Made by a program: the position numbers and the translations under genes. A model generated the notes under the pieces. That model worked only from the letters and a program-made list of their open reading frames with translations. It was not told the origin of the DNA and did not search any database. Source: an uncultured Pelolinea sp. (GTDB lineage: Bacteria; Chloroflexota; Anaerolineae; Anaerolineales; Anaerolineaceae). From it: a stretch of DNA of 64,000 bases. The DNA is taken from the NCBI GenBank assembly GCA_964383575.1, contig CAYLHI010000001.1, positions 18,442 to 82,441 on the forward strand, written 5' to 3'. Shown one piece after another: positions 45,265 to 54,921 of the stretch (the first letter of the stretch is position 1; every line of letters begins with the position of its first letter).

Positions 45265-46231
45265 ATGGGCTGATCCATACCAGCCCGGCATATTTACTGA
45301 ACGCATCCGCAATCAGATAGGAATGCCCGCTCTCCATTTCCAGCACATTAATCTGGCTTCCCGTGCTTCCCTCCTGAACATACGCCAAATACTTTCCGTC
45401 AGGCGACCAGGATGGCGAGTGGACTGTCGCGGGGAGGTCTGTTAACTGTTCTTCGTCACCTGTCATCAAATCCAGCAGATACAGCTGAAAATGGCCGCCG
45501 CGCTTGGAAAGAAATGCGATCTGCTCTCCGTTTGGAGACCAAACAGGAGATGCCTCATAAGTATCATTGTGCGTTAACTGGGTTTGCTCTGATCCGTCTG
45601 AATTCATCAAAAATATCTCAAAATCACCATCCTGATTGGATAAGAAAGCGATTTTTCCGCCATCCGGAGACCAGTTTGCCTGTGTTTCCTGGGAATCCAT
45701 CTCGGTCAGGCGCTTCTCGACTGATGTCTCCAAATTAAGCGTCATAATATCAAAATCGCCATAGGCATTGGTCTGGAAGGCGATCGACTTCCCATCGGGG
45801 CTGACACACGGTTCGGTTTCATCAGCCGCAATTGTTGTAAGGGGCTGTGGGTCACCTGCCGGTAGGCGCATTTTAAAAAGATCGTACGTTCCATCCCTGT
45901 CTGAAGAAAAAATAAGCCAATCCTCACCCGGGTGTAGAGTGGGAGATATATCCGCAAAAGGATCTTCAGTAATTCGAGTAACATCATCGCCCGGGAGATC
46001 AAGTATGAAAATATCATACGTATCTTCACCTTCGGGCTGGGCGGCAAAAGCAAGCGTTCCTGTACCAGCTTTAAATCGTTCTAATTCTTCAACTGCTCCG
46101 GTCGGTTCTTCGACTGTTGGTCCGGAACACGCAGTAAAAAAGAAAAAAGCAGCTAATGCAATATTCAATAAATTGCGAACTCCCGGTTTCATATAAAGTT
46201 TCATATCACTCCATTCCAGAAAAAAGCTCAT
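45263..46231 (-). CDS. TolB-like PD40 beta-propeller lipoprotein
   Basis: 'FFFTACSG' lipobox. Repeats 'SPDGKSIAFQTNAYGDFDI', 'SPDGGKIAFLSNQDGDFEIFLMNSDGS', 'SPNGEQIAFLSKRGGHFQLY', 'SPDGKYLAY'. Confidence 0.8.
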   Translation of the reverse strand: MSFFLEWSDMKLYMKPGVRNLLNIALAAFFFFTACSGPTVEEPTGAVEELERFKAGTGTLAFAAQPEGEDTYDIFILDLPGDDVTRITEDPFADISPTLHPGEDWLIFSSDRDGTYDLFKMRLPAGDPQPLTTIAADETEPCVSPDGKSIAFQTNAYGDFDIMTLNLETSVEKRLTEMDSQETQANWSPDGGKIAFLSNQDGDFEIFLMNSDGSEQTQLTHNDTYEASPVWSPNGEQIAFLSKRGGHFQLYLLDLMTGDEEQLTDLPATVHSPSWSPDGKYLAYVQEGSTGSQINVLEMESGHSYLIADAFSKYAGLVWISP

Positions 46232-46272
46232 AATGGTACAGTATTAATATCATATATTTTAAAGGATATGGC

Positions 46273-47313
46273 ATGAAAAAACCATCCTTCATTACGCATG
46301 TGTTTTTTTGGATGTTGTTAGGTCTGCTGTCCACTTTCTTCGCGGAAGTATTATCGGGCAGTGCGCCTTATTTTCTTTTAGAATGGTTCGGATACTACGG
46401 CATATTCCCGATCTACTGCCTGCATACTCTCCTTTTGGCATCATTCACCCTCTCAAATTCCCGACCATTCACCTTGCGCACCCTGTACTTTGCCAGCCTG
46501 CTTTTCGGCATGTACGAGGCATATATCACCAAAGTATTATGGTCTCCTCCCTGGCAGCCAGATGTGTTCCGCGTTAGCGGTGTGGCGGTCGCCGAGACAA
46601 TCCTGTTGGTCTTCTTCTGGCATGCGGTGATTTCATTCCTTGTTCCGCTATTCATTGGAGAGAACCTTTTAACCACATCCCTACATCTGCGACCACTCCT
46701 ACCCGTAAAATGGCAGGAACGGCTGCTTAACCTAAAATTTATGGCTTTGTTTGGTATTATCGCCAGCATCCTGGTGGGAGCGGCGATCCCAACTGCTGAA
46801 GAAGCATTCTTGATCGTTTTCTTCGACTGCCTTACTGTCACCGGATTGATGTTGGTGTGGCGGTTCTTCACACGAGAGAGAGATTCTGACCTTATTGATT
46901 TACTGCCACGCGGGAAAGAGCTGATGGGGATTGGGATTCTTTTGGCGCTTGACTATGTATACTTCGGGTTGATCATGCGGCCGGAAGCGCTGCCTGATAT
47001 TGGCGGGCACCTGACAATTCTGATTCTTTACATTGTAATCATTTTCCTGCTAATCCTTTCTATTCGAAAAGATAAGCAGGTGGAGGTAAACAAGATATCA
47101 ACCAATACTCCACCCGCGCTTACATTCACATTCAGACATTGGTTTATTTTTTGTTCTGCTTTCGTCATTGCCACTTTTTTAATCAATCTCCTGCCTCAGG
47201 AAATCCATGAGCTGCTGGTCGGGGTTGTTATTGTTGCCAACATCACCTGCGGTTTGCTGTTCTTCTTCCTCAGTATCAGAAGCCTCTTTAGGAAAGAACA
47301 GCAGTCAGCTTAA
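46273..47313 (+). CDS. polytopic membrane protein, unknown function
   Basis: 346-aa ORF with about 9 hydrophobic segments. Confidence 0.55.
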   Translation: MKKPSFITHVFFWMLLGLLSTFFAEVLSGSAPYFLLEWFGYYGIFPIYCLHTLLLASFTLSNSRPFTLRTLYFASLLFGMYEAYITKVLWSPPWQPDVFRVSGVAVAETILLVFFWHAVISFLVPLFIGENLLTTSLHLRPLLPVKWQERLLNLKFMALFGIIASILVGAAIPTAEEAFLIVFFDCLTVTGLMLVWRFFTRERDSDLIDLLPRGKELMGIGILLALDYVYFGLIMRPEALPDIGGHLTILILYIVIIFLLILSIRKDKQVEVNKISTNTPPALTFTFRHWFIFCSAFVIATFLINLLPQEIHELLVGVVIVANITCGLLFFFLSIRSLFRKEQQSA

Positions 47314-47387
47314 GAATCATTGTATGAATAGCAGGAAAAATGCATTATGATTAATATATAGCGCTTTTTATCTTTTCGGAGGTTGAG

Positions 47388-47615
47388 ATGGCGATTGTAT
47401 TACTCAACGGCAGTCTAAAGATCGGGATTTTTTTCGATAAAAAAGACAGGGAGTACGAGGATAATATTTGTGTATGCGTGAATGAATACGGCCCAGAGGA
47501 TGAGAAGATACTTTATGCTGGCGAAACAAATATCTTCATCAACGCCGAACAGGCAAGAGAATTGGCTGAGATGCTCACTACCGCGGCCGACCACAGCAGC
47601 CACGCGTCACGATGA
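47388..47615 (+). CDS. small hypothetical protein
   Basis: 75-aa ORF with RBS GGAGG upstream. ATGA overlap with the following ycgN-like gene. Confidence 0.45.
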   Translation: MAIVLLNGSLKIGIFFDKKDREYEDNICVCVNEYGPEDEKILYAGETNIFINAEQARELAEMLTTAADHSSHASR

Positions 47616-48082
47616 CGATCGAAAAAGATTTCTGGAAGTATAAAACATTAGCAGAAATGTCCCTGGAAGAATGGGAAGCCTTATGCGACGGATGCGCGAT
47701 CTGCTGCCTGTATAAGATTGAAGATGAGGAAAGCGGGGAAGTGCGCCTGACAAACGTTGCCTGCCGCTTCCTGGACCTTGAAACCTGTACATGCCAGCTG
47801 TACGATCAGCGTAAAAGCGCGATGCCAACCTGCGTCAAGATCACCCCTTCTAAAGTGAGAAACCTGAATTGGCTGCCAGAAACCTGCGCATACCGCCTAA
47901 TTCTAAAAGGCAAACCGTTGCCAGATTGGCACTACCTGGTCAGCGGTGATCCCAACTCCATCCACCGTGCTGGAATCTCTGTCATGGGTAAGGTGATCAG
48001 TGAATCCTCTGTGAATATGAACGTTCTTGAGGAGTATGTAATCGAAGACCTATATAAAAAAGATCCATCACCCAAAAAATAG
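47612..48082 (+). CDS. ycgN: YcgN/UPF0260 cysteine-cluster protein
   Basis: 'WEALCDGCAICCLYKIEDEESGEVRLTNVACRFLDLETCTCQLYDQR' and 'WLPETCAYR'. Confidence 0.8.
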   Translation: MTIEKDFWKYKTLAEMSLEEWEALCDGCAICCLYKIEDEESGEVRLTNVACRFLDLETCTCQLYDQRKSAMPTCVKITPSKVRNLNWLPETCAYRLILKGKPLPDWHYLVSGDPNSIHRAGISVMGKVISESSVNMNVLEEYVIEDLYKKDPSPKK

Positions 48083-48160
48083 TTCAAACTGATGAGCAAA
48101 CACGCTGTGTAATTTACAGCGTTATAGTTTTTTTGTACTACTTGATTTTTTAGATTTGTA

Positions 48161-49480
48161 TCATTTTGCCACCGTGTCCATATACCCCTTAATAGTGGGG
48201 ATGGCGGTTAGTTTTTCATAGAAAAAGTTATTAACTATATTGATCAGTTCAGCGCGGGCAGCCTCTGCCTGGGGAGAAAGCGCCTGCCCAGTCTGTTCAC
48301 GCGAGAGAATATCCCTTAAGCGCAGCAAGAGACGCACTACTTCCGTTTCCTCACCCCCTTCCAGCACATCGACAACATTCATGATCAATCGGTCCGCATG
48401 GTTCAATAATTGTTCAATGGTGATGCTTTTTCCTTCAATAAAACAGTCATCCATGGTTCGGATCAGCGACCAGATCTGATACAGGATCGTGGACGGTTCA
48501 TCAAACAATTCCCGGATGTACGCTGCTTCTTCATATTCTCCGGTGAGCCGGAAAATATTGTACATGCGGCGGGCGGCTTTCCCGTAATTTATTGATTTGG
48601 TGATATATTTTTTGACCTCTTTTTCCAGCGCGGTTACATATTCATCCAGCGCATCGCTGGAGACGTGTTTTGCCAATTTAGAGAATAATGGGATGGATTC
48701 CGCTTCCAGATACACTTCCTGGAAATAAGGATCCAAATACCCATCCAAAGGGACAATATCCCCCTGGGGCGATTCCCAGGTTACATCCAGCATATTACTA
48801 GCATTAACAAGGTGCCCATGGGCAGCATCCGCCACAACCCAGTCCAGCTTGCACCAGCCAGGATCCAGACTGGCGCTCTCCCAGGTTATCCGAAGCGGCT
48901 CTCCAGATTCGCTCTCTACAACTTTTTCACCTGCCAACAATTCCTCAGGATTCCATGAGATCGGCCCGTTAGCTCCGATATGTTTCCCGTTTACAACCAC
49001 ATCCTGAGGGTAGGAACCAAATTTAGCTTCAATCAACTGGTAGGCAGGACCTTTAAACGTAGAATACACTTTTTCCTTGATCACTCTCGCCAGGATGGCA
49101 CACGCCTTCTCCTTCGTGTGGGCAAGGATATTGATGCGTTCAAAGAAATCCGCATCTCCGGGGTATTTTTGGATCTTGGACTGCGCCGCTGATCCTGAGA
49201 GTGCCAGGGCAGTTTCCACTTCATCTGGGATATCCTCAAATCCAACCAGCGCACCGATACGGCGGAAATGGGCTAATTCCTTAGTACTAAAATCAAGCAT
49301 GGTAACTTTATGGCCAAACACACCGCTTTTAATATCAACGGAGATGTCATCCTCTCCCTGCGCTATAGCAACAGCAGCCAACCACTGCAGCGCCTCTGCC
49401 TGGTCCAATTCAATACCCAACCGCTGGGCAGACTGGATGATCTGCTCTAAATGCTTGCTTTTTTCCTGATCATTCATCAC
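48161..49480 (-). CDS. uncharacterised protein with Pol-beta-superfamily nucleotidyltransferase signature
   Basis: 'ALALSGSAAQSKIQKYPGDADFFERI' fits hG[GS]-x11-DxD. The C-terminal third looks helical. Strong RBS AGGAGG. Confidence 0.45.
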   Translation of the reverse strand: MMNDQEKSKHLEQIIQSAQRLGIELDQAEALQWLAAVAIAQGEDDISVDIKSGVFGHKVTMLDFSTKELAHFRRIGALVGFEDIPDEVETALALSGSAAQSKIQKYPGDADFFERINILAHTKEKACAILARVIKEKVYSTFKGPAYQLIEAKFGSYPQDVVVNGKHIGANGPISWNPEELLAGEKVVESESGEPLRITWESASLDPGWCKLDWVVADAAHGHLVNASNMLDVTWESPQGDIVPLDGYLDPYFQEVYLEAESIPLFSKLAKHVSSDALDEYVTALEKEVKKYITKSINYGKAARRMYNIFRLTGEYEEAAYIRELFDEPSTILYQIWSLIRTMDDCFIEGKSITIEQLLNHADRLIMNVVDVLEGGEETEVVRLLLRLRDILSREQTGQALSPQAEAARAELINIVNNFFYEKLTAIPTIKGYMDTVAK

Positions 49481-49510
49481 CGCCTCCTAACCTCTGTACC
49501 TCACTAAAAC

Positions 49511-50065
49511 CTATTCAGACCCGACAACAATTCGTTTAAATAACTTCGCCTGATCACATGCATCCTCTAAAGCATTATGGCGGAGTGGAGTGGTTGAGAT
49601 GCGTTTCATACTGGTATCTTTCCACCCCGTACGGTTGAAGCCCATATAGAATGATTTGACATCAAGAGCTGAGTGCCCAAAAGGATTACACCCTAAGAAA
49701 CGGTGAAAATAATCACAAACAAACATCCAGTCAAACGGCGCATTAAAGCCCAGGAATAGAGGGGGGCTCTCGGAGGTAATAACCTCTGCCAGCCAATCCG
49801 CCAGCAACTGCATCGCCTGTGTCGGTGGTTCTCCTGTTCGTGATAATTTCAACAGATCCAACTGATGGATCTCCAACGCGTCCGCGTCCGCTTTCATGGT
49901 GGTTGGCTGTAATTCAACATAAAAATTTTTACGGGGGTCGGTCAGTGTGCACGCACCGATGGACAGTAGGGCGTAATCAGCGGGATTGGGTCCGGCCGTT
50001 TCCACATCGACCGATACCATACGAGGAATATCTTTCTCAATCCAGTCCGGCCAGGCATTTCGCAT
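49511..50065 (-). CDS. DEDDh 3'-5' exonuclease (DnaQ-like, stand-alone)
   Basis: ExoI 'VSVDVETAG', ExoII 'FNAPFDWMF', ExoIII 'HNALEDA'. Confidence 0.8.
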   Translation of the reverse strand: MRNAWPDWIEKDIPRMVSVDVETAGPNPADYALLSIGACTLTDPRKNFYVELQPTTMKADADALEIHQLDLLKLSRTGEPPTQAMQLLADWLAEVITSESPPLFLGFNAPFDWMFVCDYFHRFLGCNPFGHSALDVKSFYMGFNRTGWKDTSMKRISTTPLRHNALEDACDQAKLFKRIVVGSE

Positions 50066-50068
50066 ATG

Positions 50069-51097
50069 TTAATATCCTTTTTCCGGATCGTAGCTATTCA
50101 ATAAATCTTCATCCGCCAGATAGCGGCGCAGGTTCTCAGTGAAAAGGTCTACCACGAGGTCGGTGTAGTGTCCGGTATCTCCAGCAATATGTGGTGTGAT
50201 AACTAAATTCGGCGCATCCCAGAGCTGGCTTTCCTGGGGAAGCGGTTCGGTATTGAAGACATCCAGCACAGCCCCGGCGATCTGCTTTTCCCGCAGTGCG
50301 TTCAGCAGCGCATCTTCATCTACCTGTCCGCCGCGCCCTAGGGCTACTAAATAAGCTGTTGGCTTCATCATTTCTAATTCCCTGCTGCCTATCAAGTTCC
50401 GTGTATCATCGGTGAGCGGTAAACATATGACCAAAAAATCACTGGCTTTCAACAATGAGTGTATTGCCTGCGGAGGGTATAGACGGGTGAAATAGTCACC
50501 ATTTGGATCACCGGTCCCTTCAGGAATGTATCCATCTTTACTCAAATCCGTGAGATTATTTTTTGTTGCCAGTATTTCCACACAGAAGGGCTGCAGCAAG
50601 CGGGCTAATTCGCGAGCGATGCTCCCATAGCCCAGTAATCCTACCGTACTGCCGTGCAGTTCAACTGGCTGGAACCGTTTCCATCGGTCGGGCGGCCAGA
50701 TCTTTTTTGCCTGATACTGAACCATCATAGGCAGTTTGTGCCCCAACGCAAGCAGCGCCATGAGGGCATATTCTGCTACTTTGGGAGAAGCTGCTCCGCT
50801 TAAGGTTGTCGCCTTAAACCCTTCCCGTTCCAGCAGGGGATGATCCTTAATAAAATCAATGCCCGCATAGGAGAACTGCACCCAGCGCAATTCAGGCGCG
50901 ATTTCCGGGTCAGGGATCTCATTTGCCGTGAGAAGAATTTCCGATTTTCTGATCACGTCCGCAGGAATTTCAGATAAGCTGCCTTCCGGGTAGAAGGATA
51001 AGCGCACGCGCGGTGAAATGGCAGAAAGCGCATCAAGCTGCGCTTCAGGCAAAGGATAATGGATGAGAATATCAACAGGTTTTACGGTCATTTTCAC
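50069..51097 (-). CDS. D-isomer-specific 2-hydroxyacid dehydrogenase family protein
   Basis: 'VGLLGYGSIARELARLL' (GxGxxG), 'LGRGGQVDE' and 'ITPHIAG'. Confidence 0.85.
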   Translation of the reverse strand: MKMTVKPVDILIHYPLPEAQLDALSAISPRVRLSFYPEGSLSEIPADVIRKSEILLTANEIPDPEIAPELRWVQFSYAGIDFIKDHPLLEREGFKATTLSGAASPKVAEYALMALLALGHKLPMMVQYQAKKIWPPDRWKRFQPVELHGSTVGLLGYGSIARELARLLQPFCVEILATKNNLTDLSKDGYIPEGTGDPNGDYFTRLYPPQAIHSLLKASDFLVICLPLTDDTRNLIGSRELEMMKPTAYLVALGRGGQVDEDALLNALREKQIAGAVLDVFNTEPLPQESQLWDAPNLVITPHIAGDTGHYTDLVVDLFTENLRRYLADEDLLNSYDPEKGY

Positions 51098-51205
51098 CCT
51101 AAGTATACATTCTTCCGAAAATAAACCAGCCGCTGATTTACCATCCGGCTGACTGCCATCCTTTTCTTAATTATCCCAATCCAGCAATTTCTTGGATAAA
51201 TGCGT

Positions 51206-52795
51206 TTATGCCTTCTGGATCAAGGTCTGGATCTGTTCATGCATGTAGAGCTGCACATAGTACAATCCACCCGCGTTTTTCCCGCTGGAGCCGGATCCTT
51301 TCCATCCTCCGAAGGGCTGGAAACCCGGCCACGCGCCTGTGGTCGCGCCCTGCGGACGGTTAGCATAATTGACGCCTGCCTGAGTATGCTCAAAAAACCA
51401 TTTTGATTCTTCTAATGATCCATAGAAGCCAGCAGTCAGTCCATATTTCACATTCACAGCATGCGCCATTGCCTCTTCAATATCATCCACCAGGGTTACA
51501 GTCGTGATAGGTACAAACATTTCCTGTTTCCACAAGCGGTGCTCTAATGGCAGGTCAACGACGATAGTTGGCGCGCAGTAATACCCTTTCGCCAAATCGC
51601 CATCCGTGAGCACTTTGCCGCCAGAAAGGAAACGCCCGCCAGCATCCCTGATCTCTTTCACGAAATCCTGATATTTCTGGTAGGACGACTTATTCACAAC
51701 CGGACCCAGATATACACTGCGCTGGGTCGGATCACCGATCTCCAACTTTTTGGTTAACTCCAGGATGCGAGTCAGTACTTTCTGGTAGATTGGTTTCTCA
51801 ATATACACACGAGAGCAGGCAGAGCATTTTTGCCCCTGCAGTCCAAACGCCGAGCGGACGATACCGACTGCTGCATCTTCAACATCCGCATTAGCAGATA
51901 CTATCGCTGGATTCTTTCCGCCCATTTCAAGAATGGTAGGGCGTACATACGGCCCTTTAGCAAAGGAGCGGTAAATTCCCATACCCACATCATGTGAACC
52001 CGTGAAAGTAACCCCATCCACATCAGGATGATCAACCAGCGCCTGACCCAATGTGCTGCCGGGACCTGTCACATAATTAAAAACTCCAGCAGGCAGTCCG
52101 GCATCACGGAAACATTCCGCCAGCAGCCGGGAAGTCCAGGGAGCATCTGAAGCGGGTTTGATCACAATCGTATTACCTGCTGCCAATGCGGCGCCAGCCG
52201 GTCCGCCGGTCAGCGCGGCAGGGAAATTAAAGGGGCTGATGATCAGCCAAACACCATACGGGCGCAGAATAGAGTAATTGGTCGCTTTGTATCCCTGGAG
52301 AGGATCTTTCCCCATCTTCTTGACAAAGCCATCATTCGCTTCAATCTGATCGCAGGCATAGCGAATCAGGTCTGCCGCTTCCGCGGCATCTCCCAGCGCT
52401 TCCATGCGGTTCTTACCTGCTTCAAGGGTAATTACCACGCTGAATTCAAAAATGCGTTCGTCAATGATATCCGCAGCTTTTCGCAGCAGAGACAACCGAT
52501 CTTTCCAGGGAAGCGCGCTCCAGGCAGGGAAAGCCCGTTTTGCCGCTGATACAGCTGCATCCGCGTCACCCGCGCTCCCTTTTTGAAAAATACCCAGCAC
52601 CATGTCCGTATTGATCGGGCTGCGGTCTTCAAATGTCTCCACCGCCTTTTTTTCTTCCCCATCAATGAACATACTGTATTCTTTTCCCAGATTATCTTTC
52701 ACTTGAGCAAGCGCATCCTCATAGCAAGTGTGCAGCTCTTCCGGGGGATTAAACATTGTCGCGTAGGTAAGTTTAAAGGGTGTTTCTTTCGCCAT
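51206..52795 (-). CDS. L-glutamate gamma-semialdehyde (1-pyrroline-5-carboxylate) dehydrogenase
   Basis: Aldehyde dehydrogenase motifs 'LEMGGKNP' and 'FGLQGQKCSACSR'. Length and N-terminus are typical of the RocA/PruA type. Confidence 0.8.
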   Translation of the reverse strand: MAKETPFKLTYATMFNPPEELHTCYEDALAQVKDNLGKEYSMFIDGEEKKAVETFEDRSPINTDMVLGIFQKGSAGDADAAVSAAKRAFPAWSALPWKDRLSLLRKAADIIDERIFEFSVVITLEAGKNRMEALGDAAEAADLIRYACDQIEANDGFVKKMGKDPLQGYKATNYSILRPYGVWLIISPFNFPAALTGGPAGAALAAGNTIVIKPASDAPWTSRLLAECFRDAGLPAGVFNYVTGPGSTLGQALVDHPDVDGVTFTGSHDVGMGIYRSFAKGPYVRPTILEMGGKNPAIVSANADVEDAAVGIVRSAFGLQGQKCSACSRVYIEKPIYQKVLTRILELTKKLEIGDPTQRSVYLGPVVNKSSYQKYQDFVKEIRDAGGRFLSGGKVLTDGDLAKGYYCAPTIVVDLPLEHRLWKQEMFVPITTVTLVDDIEEAMAHAVNVKYGLTAGFYGSLEESKWFFEHTQAGVNYANRPQGATTGAWPGFQPFGGWKGSGSSGKNAGGLYYVQLYMHEQIQTLIQKA

Positions 52796-52930
52796 CTAAG
52801 AACTCCAATCCATCTAAATATTATTCTTTCTTAAGTATAGCCGAGTGGTATATTCCCGTCAAAAGATGAATTTCCGCTTCCACAAAAACGTTTATCCAGA
52901 TTCAACTATTTACGTTTAGAATACTATTCT

Positions 52931-53545
52931 ATGATTCATCTATACATCGTCAGGCACGGCACTACAGAATGGATAGAAGCCAACAAGATCCAGGGGACAA
53001 CTGACAGCCCGTTAAGTGAAAAGGGTAAACATGAAGCCAAATGTACTGCACATGCGTTAAATATGATAGATTTTAACGGCATCTTTTGCAGCCCGATGAG
53101 GAGAGCTGTTGAAACCGCTGAAATCATCAGTAAAGAAATCGGGAAAACGCCTATTTCAATAGACGCGCTGCATGAGATGAATTTCGGGATCTATGAAGGG
53201 AAAATATACTTCGATGCACCCGTGAACACCATGCGGTGGTGGAAAAAGTTGGGGCTGCTTGCCAGAATCCTGATCTCACGGGTCACCGGTGAGAGCATCA
53301 GAAGTGTGCGTTCCCGCGCTGTTCAGAGCTGGAATGAAATCACAGGGATTTGCCCGAATGGGCATATCCTGATCGTATCGCATGGAGTAATCTTGAATTA
53401 TCTGATCGGTTACCTGCTTCCCAAACAGAAATACGATAAGATCAAACCAATCCGTCTCCAGCCGTGCAGCATTACTGAGATTATTTTATCCCCTGAACAA
53501 GCAGCTAAACTCATTAGAGTTAATGATATCAATCATCTGAAATGA
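52931..53545 (+). CDS. histidine phosphatase (phosphoglycerate-mutase-like) family protein
   Basis: 'LYIVRHGTTEW' (RHG) and 'IVSHGVI'. Confidence 0.8.
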   Translation: MIHLYIVRHGTTEWIEANKIQGTTDSPLSEKGKHEAKCTAHALNMIDFNGIFCSPMRRAVETAEIISKEIGKTPISIDALHEMNFGIYEGKIYFDAPVNTMRWWKKLGLLARILISRVTGESIRSVRSRAVQSWNEITGICPNGHILIVSHGVILNYLIGYLLPKQKYDKIKPIRLQPCSITEIILSPEQAAKLIRVNDINHLK

Positions 53546-53683
53546 TTTCTCCTAAACATAGTAGAATTGGCATGTTTTTTCCTGGATGATTGTTGTTTTT
53601 GGGTTGATATTGCAGGGTTATATCTATTTTCAATAATCTAATAGAGATGAGTATGCAAAGTATCCAAACAAGAGGAGTATAGA

Positions 53684-54313
53684 TTGGCAAATTTTCTTTT
53701 AGTCAGGCATGGAACCACTAATTGGATCGAAGGTCAGATCCTGCATGGTATCACTGATGTTCCTCTGAACAAAAAGGGGGAACTGCAGGCAGAAGAAACT
53801 GCCCGGGCATTAAGAGGATGCGGTGCGAAGAAACTCTATACCAGTTCTCTATCGCGCTGCGTACAGACCGCCCGGGTAATCGGTAGTGAAATTGGCTCCA
53901 AGCCAACTTCCATGGACAGCCTGGTAGAACTTGACTTTGGCTGGCTGGAAGGAAAGCATCTCCGCGACCATGATAAGAGTGAGTATGGAAAACTACTAGA
54001 ATTCATTGACCATCATTTTTTTAATCTCATCCGGATGGTCAGTGGAGAATCAAAAAAGAATCTGGATCAGAGGGTCCTTAATGGATGGAATACTATCTTC
54101 GCAGAGAACCCTAAGGGCACGTCGATCGTTGTGGCACATTCCGCTGTTTTTAACAGCATCCTTTTCCACTATTTCGGAAAAGCACACTTAAATGACGATA
54201 CATATTACCATTTGAATCCTTGCAGTATTACTGAGATCAGCATTGACACTTCCAACCATGCTGAGCTGATACGCCTCAATGACCGCAGCCATCTCTCCGG
54301 AGAAAATCTATGA
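53684..54313 (+). CDS. histidine phosphatase family protein (tandem paralogue)
   Basis: TTG start after RBS AGAGGAG. 'FLLVRHGTTNW' and 'VVAHSAV'. Confidence 0.8.
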   Translation: MANFLLVRHGTTNWIEGQILHGITDVPLNKKGELQAEETARALRGCGAKKLYTSSLSRCVQTARVIGSEIGSKPTSMDSLVELDFGWLEGKHLRDHDKSEYGKLLEFIDHHFFNLIRMVSGESKKNLDQRVLNGWNTIFAENPKGTSIVVAHSAVFNSILFHYFGKAHLNDDTYYHLNPCSITEISIDTSNHAELIRLNDRSHLSGENL

Positions 54314-54915
54314 ATGCTATTAAAGCAGTAATCTGGGATCTATCCGGGGTTGTGCTTCACACTATAAAAGGAACATTCAATTCCCTGCTGGCAGAACGGC
54401 TGGGTGCTCCCCTCAATGATATCGAACGCCTTATGTCCTCGGTAGAAAATAAACTCTGGGATATGGGTGAGATCGACGATGACACCTTTTATACTTTCCT
54501 CCTTAAAGAATTAAATATGCCTATGGAGAAAAAATCGGTCCTTAGAAAGTTCGTGTTAGAAGATTTTTATATCGACCAGGAGATCCTCGCGTATACAAAA
54601 AAGATCCGGAAATCATTCACCACTGTACTCCTGACTAATTTTCCGGCGCATATGCATGATTTTATGAAGACTGATTGGATCGTGGATGGCGCGTTTGATC
54701 ACATCATTGCTTCCTGCGATGTCAAGCTGCTAAAACCAGATCCCGCAATCTACACTCTTACGCTGGCGCGTATTGGATGCCGGGCAGAAGAAACCGTGTT
54801 CATAGATGACCAGGAGATCAACGTGAAAACTGCACAGAAACTGGGAATTAACGGCATCGTTTATCAAAGCCAGACACAAGCCATTAACGACCTGGAAGCG
54901 GTTCTTCAGAAATAA
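54310..54915 (+). CDS. HAD-superfamily hydrolase
   Basis: 'AVIWDLSGVV' (motif I), 'LLTNF' and 'FIDDQEINV'. ATGA overlap with the upstream gene. Confidence 0.75.
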   Translation: MNAIKAVIWDLSGVVLHTIKGTFNSLLAERLGAPLNDIERLMSSVENKLWDMGEIDDDTFYTFLLKELNMPMEKKSVLRKFVLEDFYIDQEILAYTKKIRKSFTTVLLTNFPAHMHDFMKTDWIVDGAFDHIIASCDVKLLKPDPAIYTLTLARIGCRAEETVFIDDQEINVKTAQKLGINGIVYQSQTQAINDLEAVLQK

Positions 54916-54921
54916 AATTCT

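Noticed and set aside
48161-50065. Calling the NTase-like / exonuclease pair a CBASS or other named defence system
   Set aside because: Only a minimal GS-x11-DxD signature is visible. I could see no cyclase-specific features, SAVED/STING/TM effector, or Cap2/Cap3-like genes. It is kept as an open question, not as a call.
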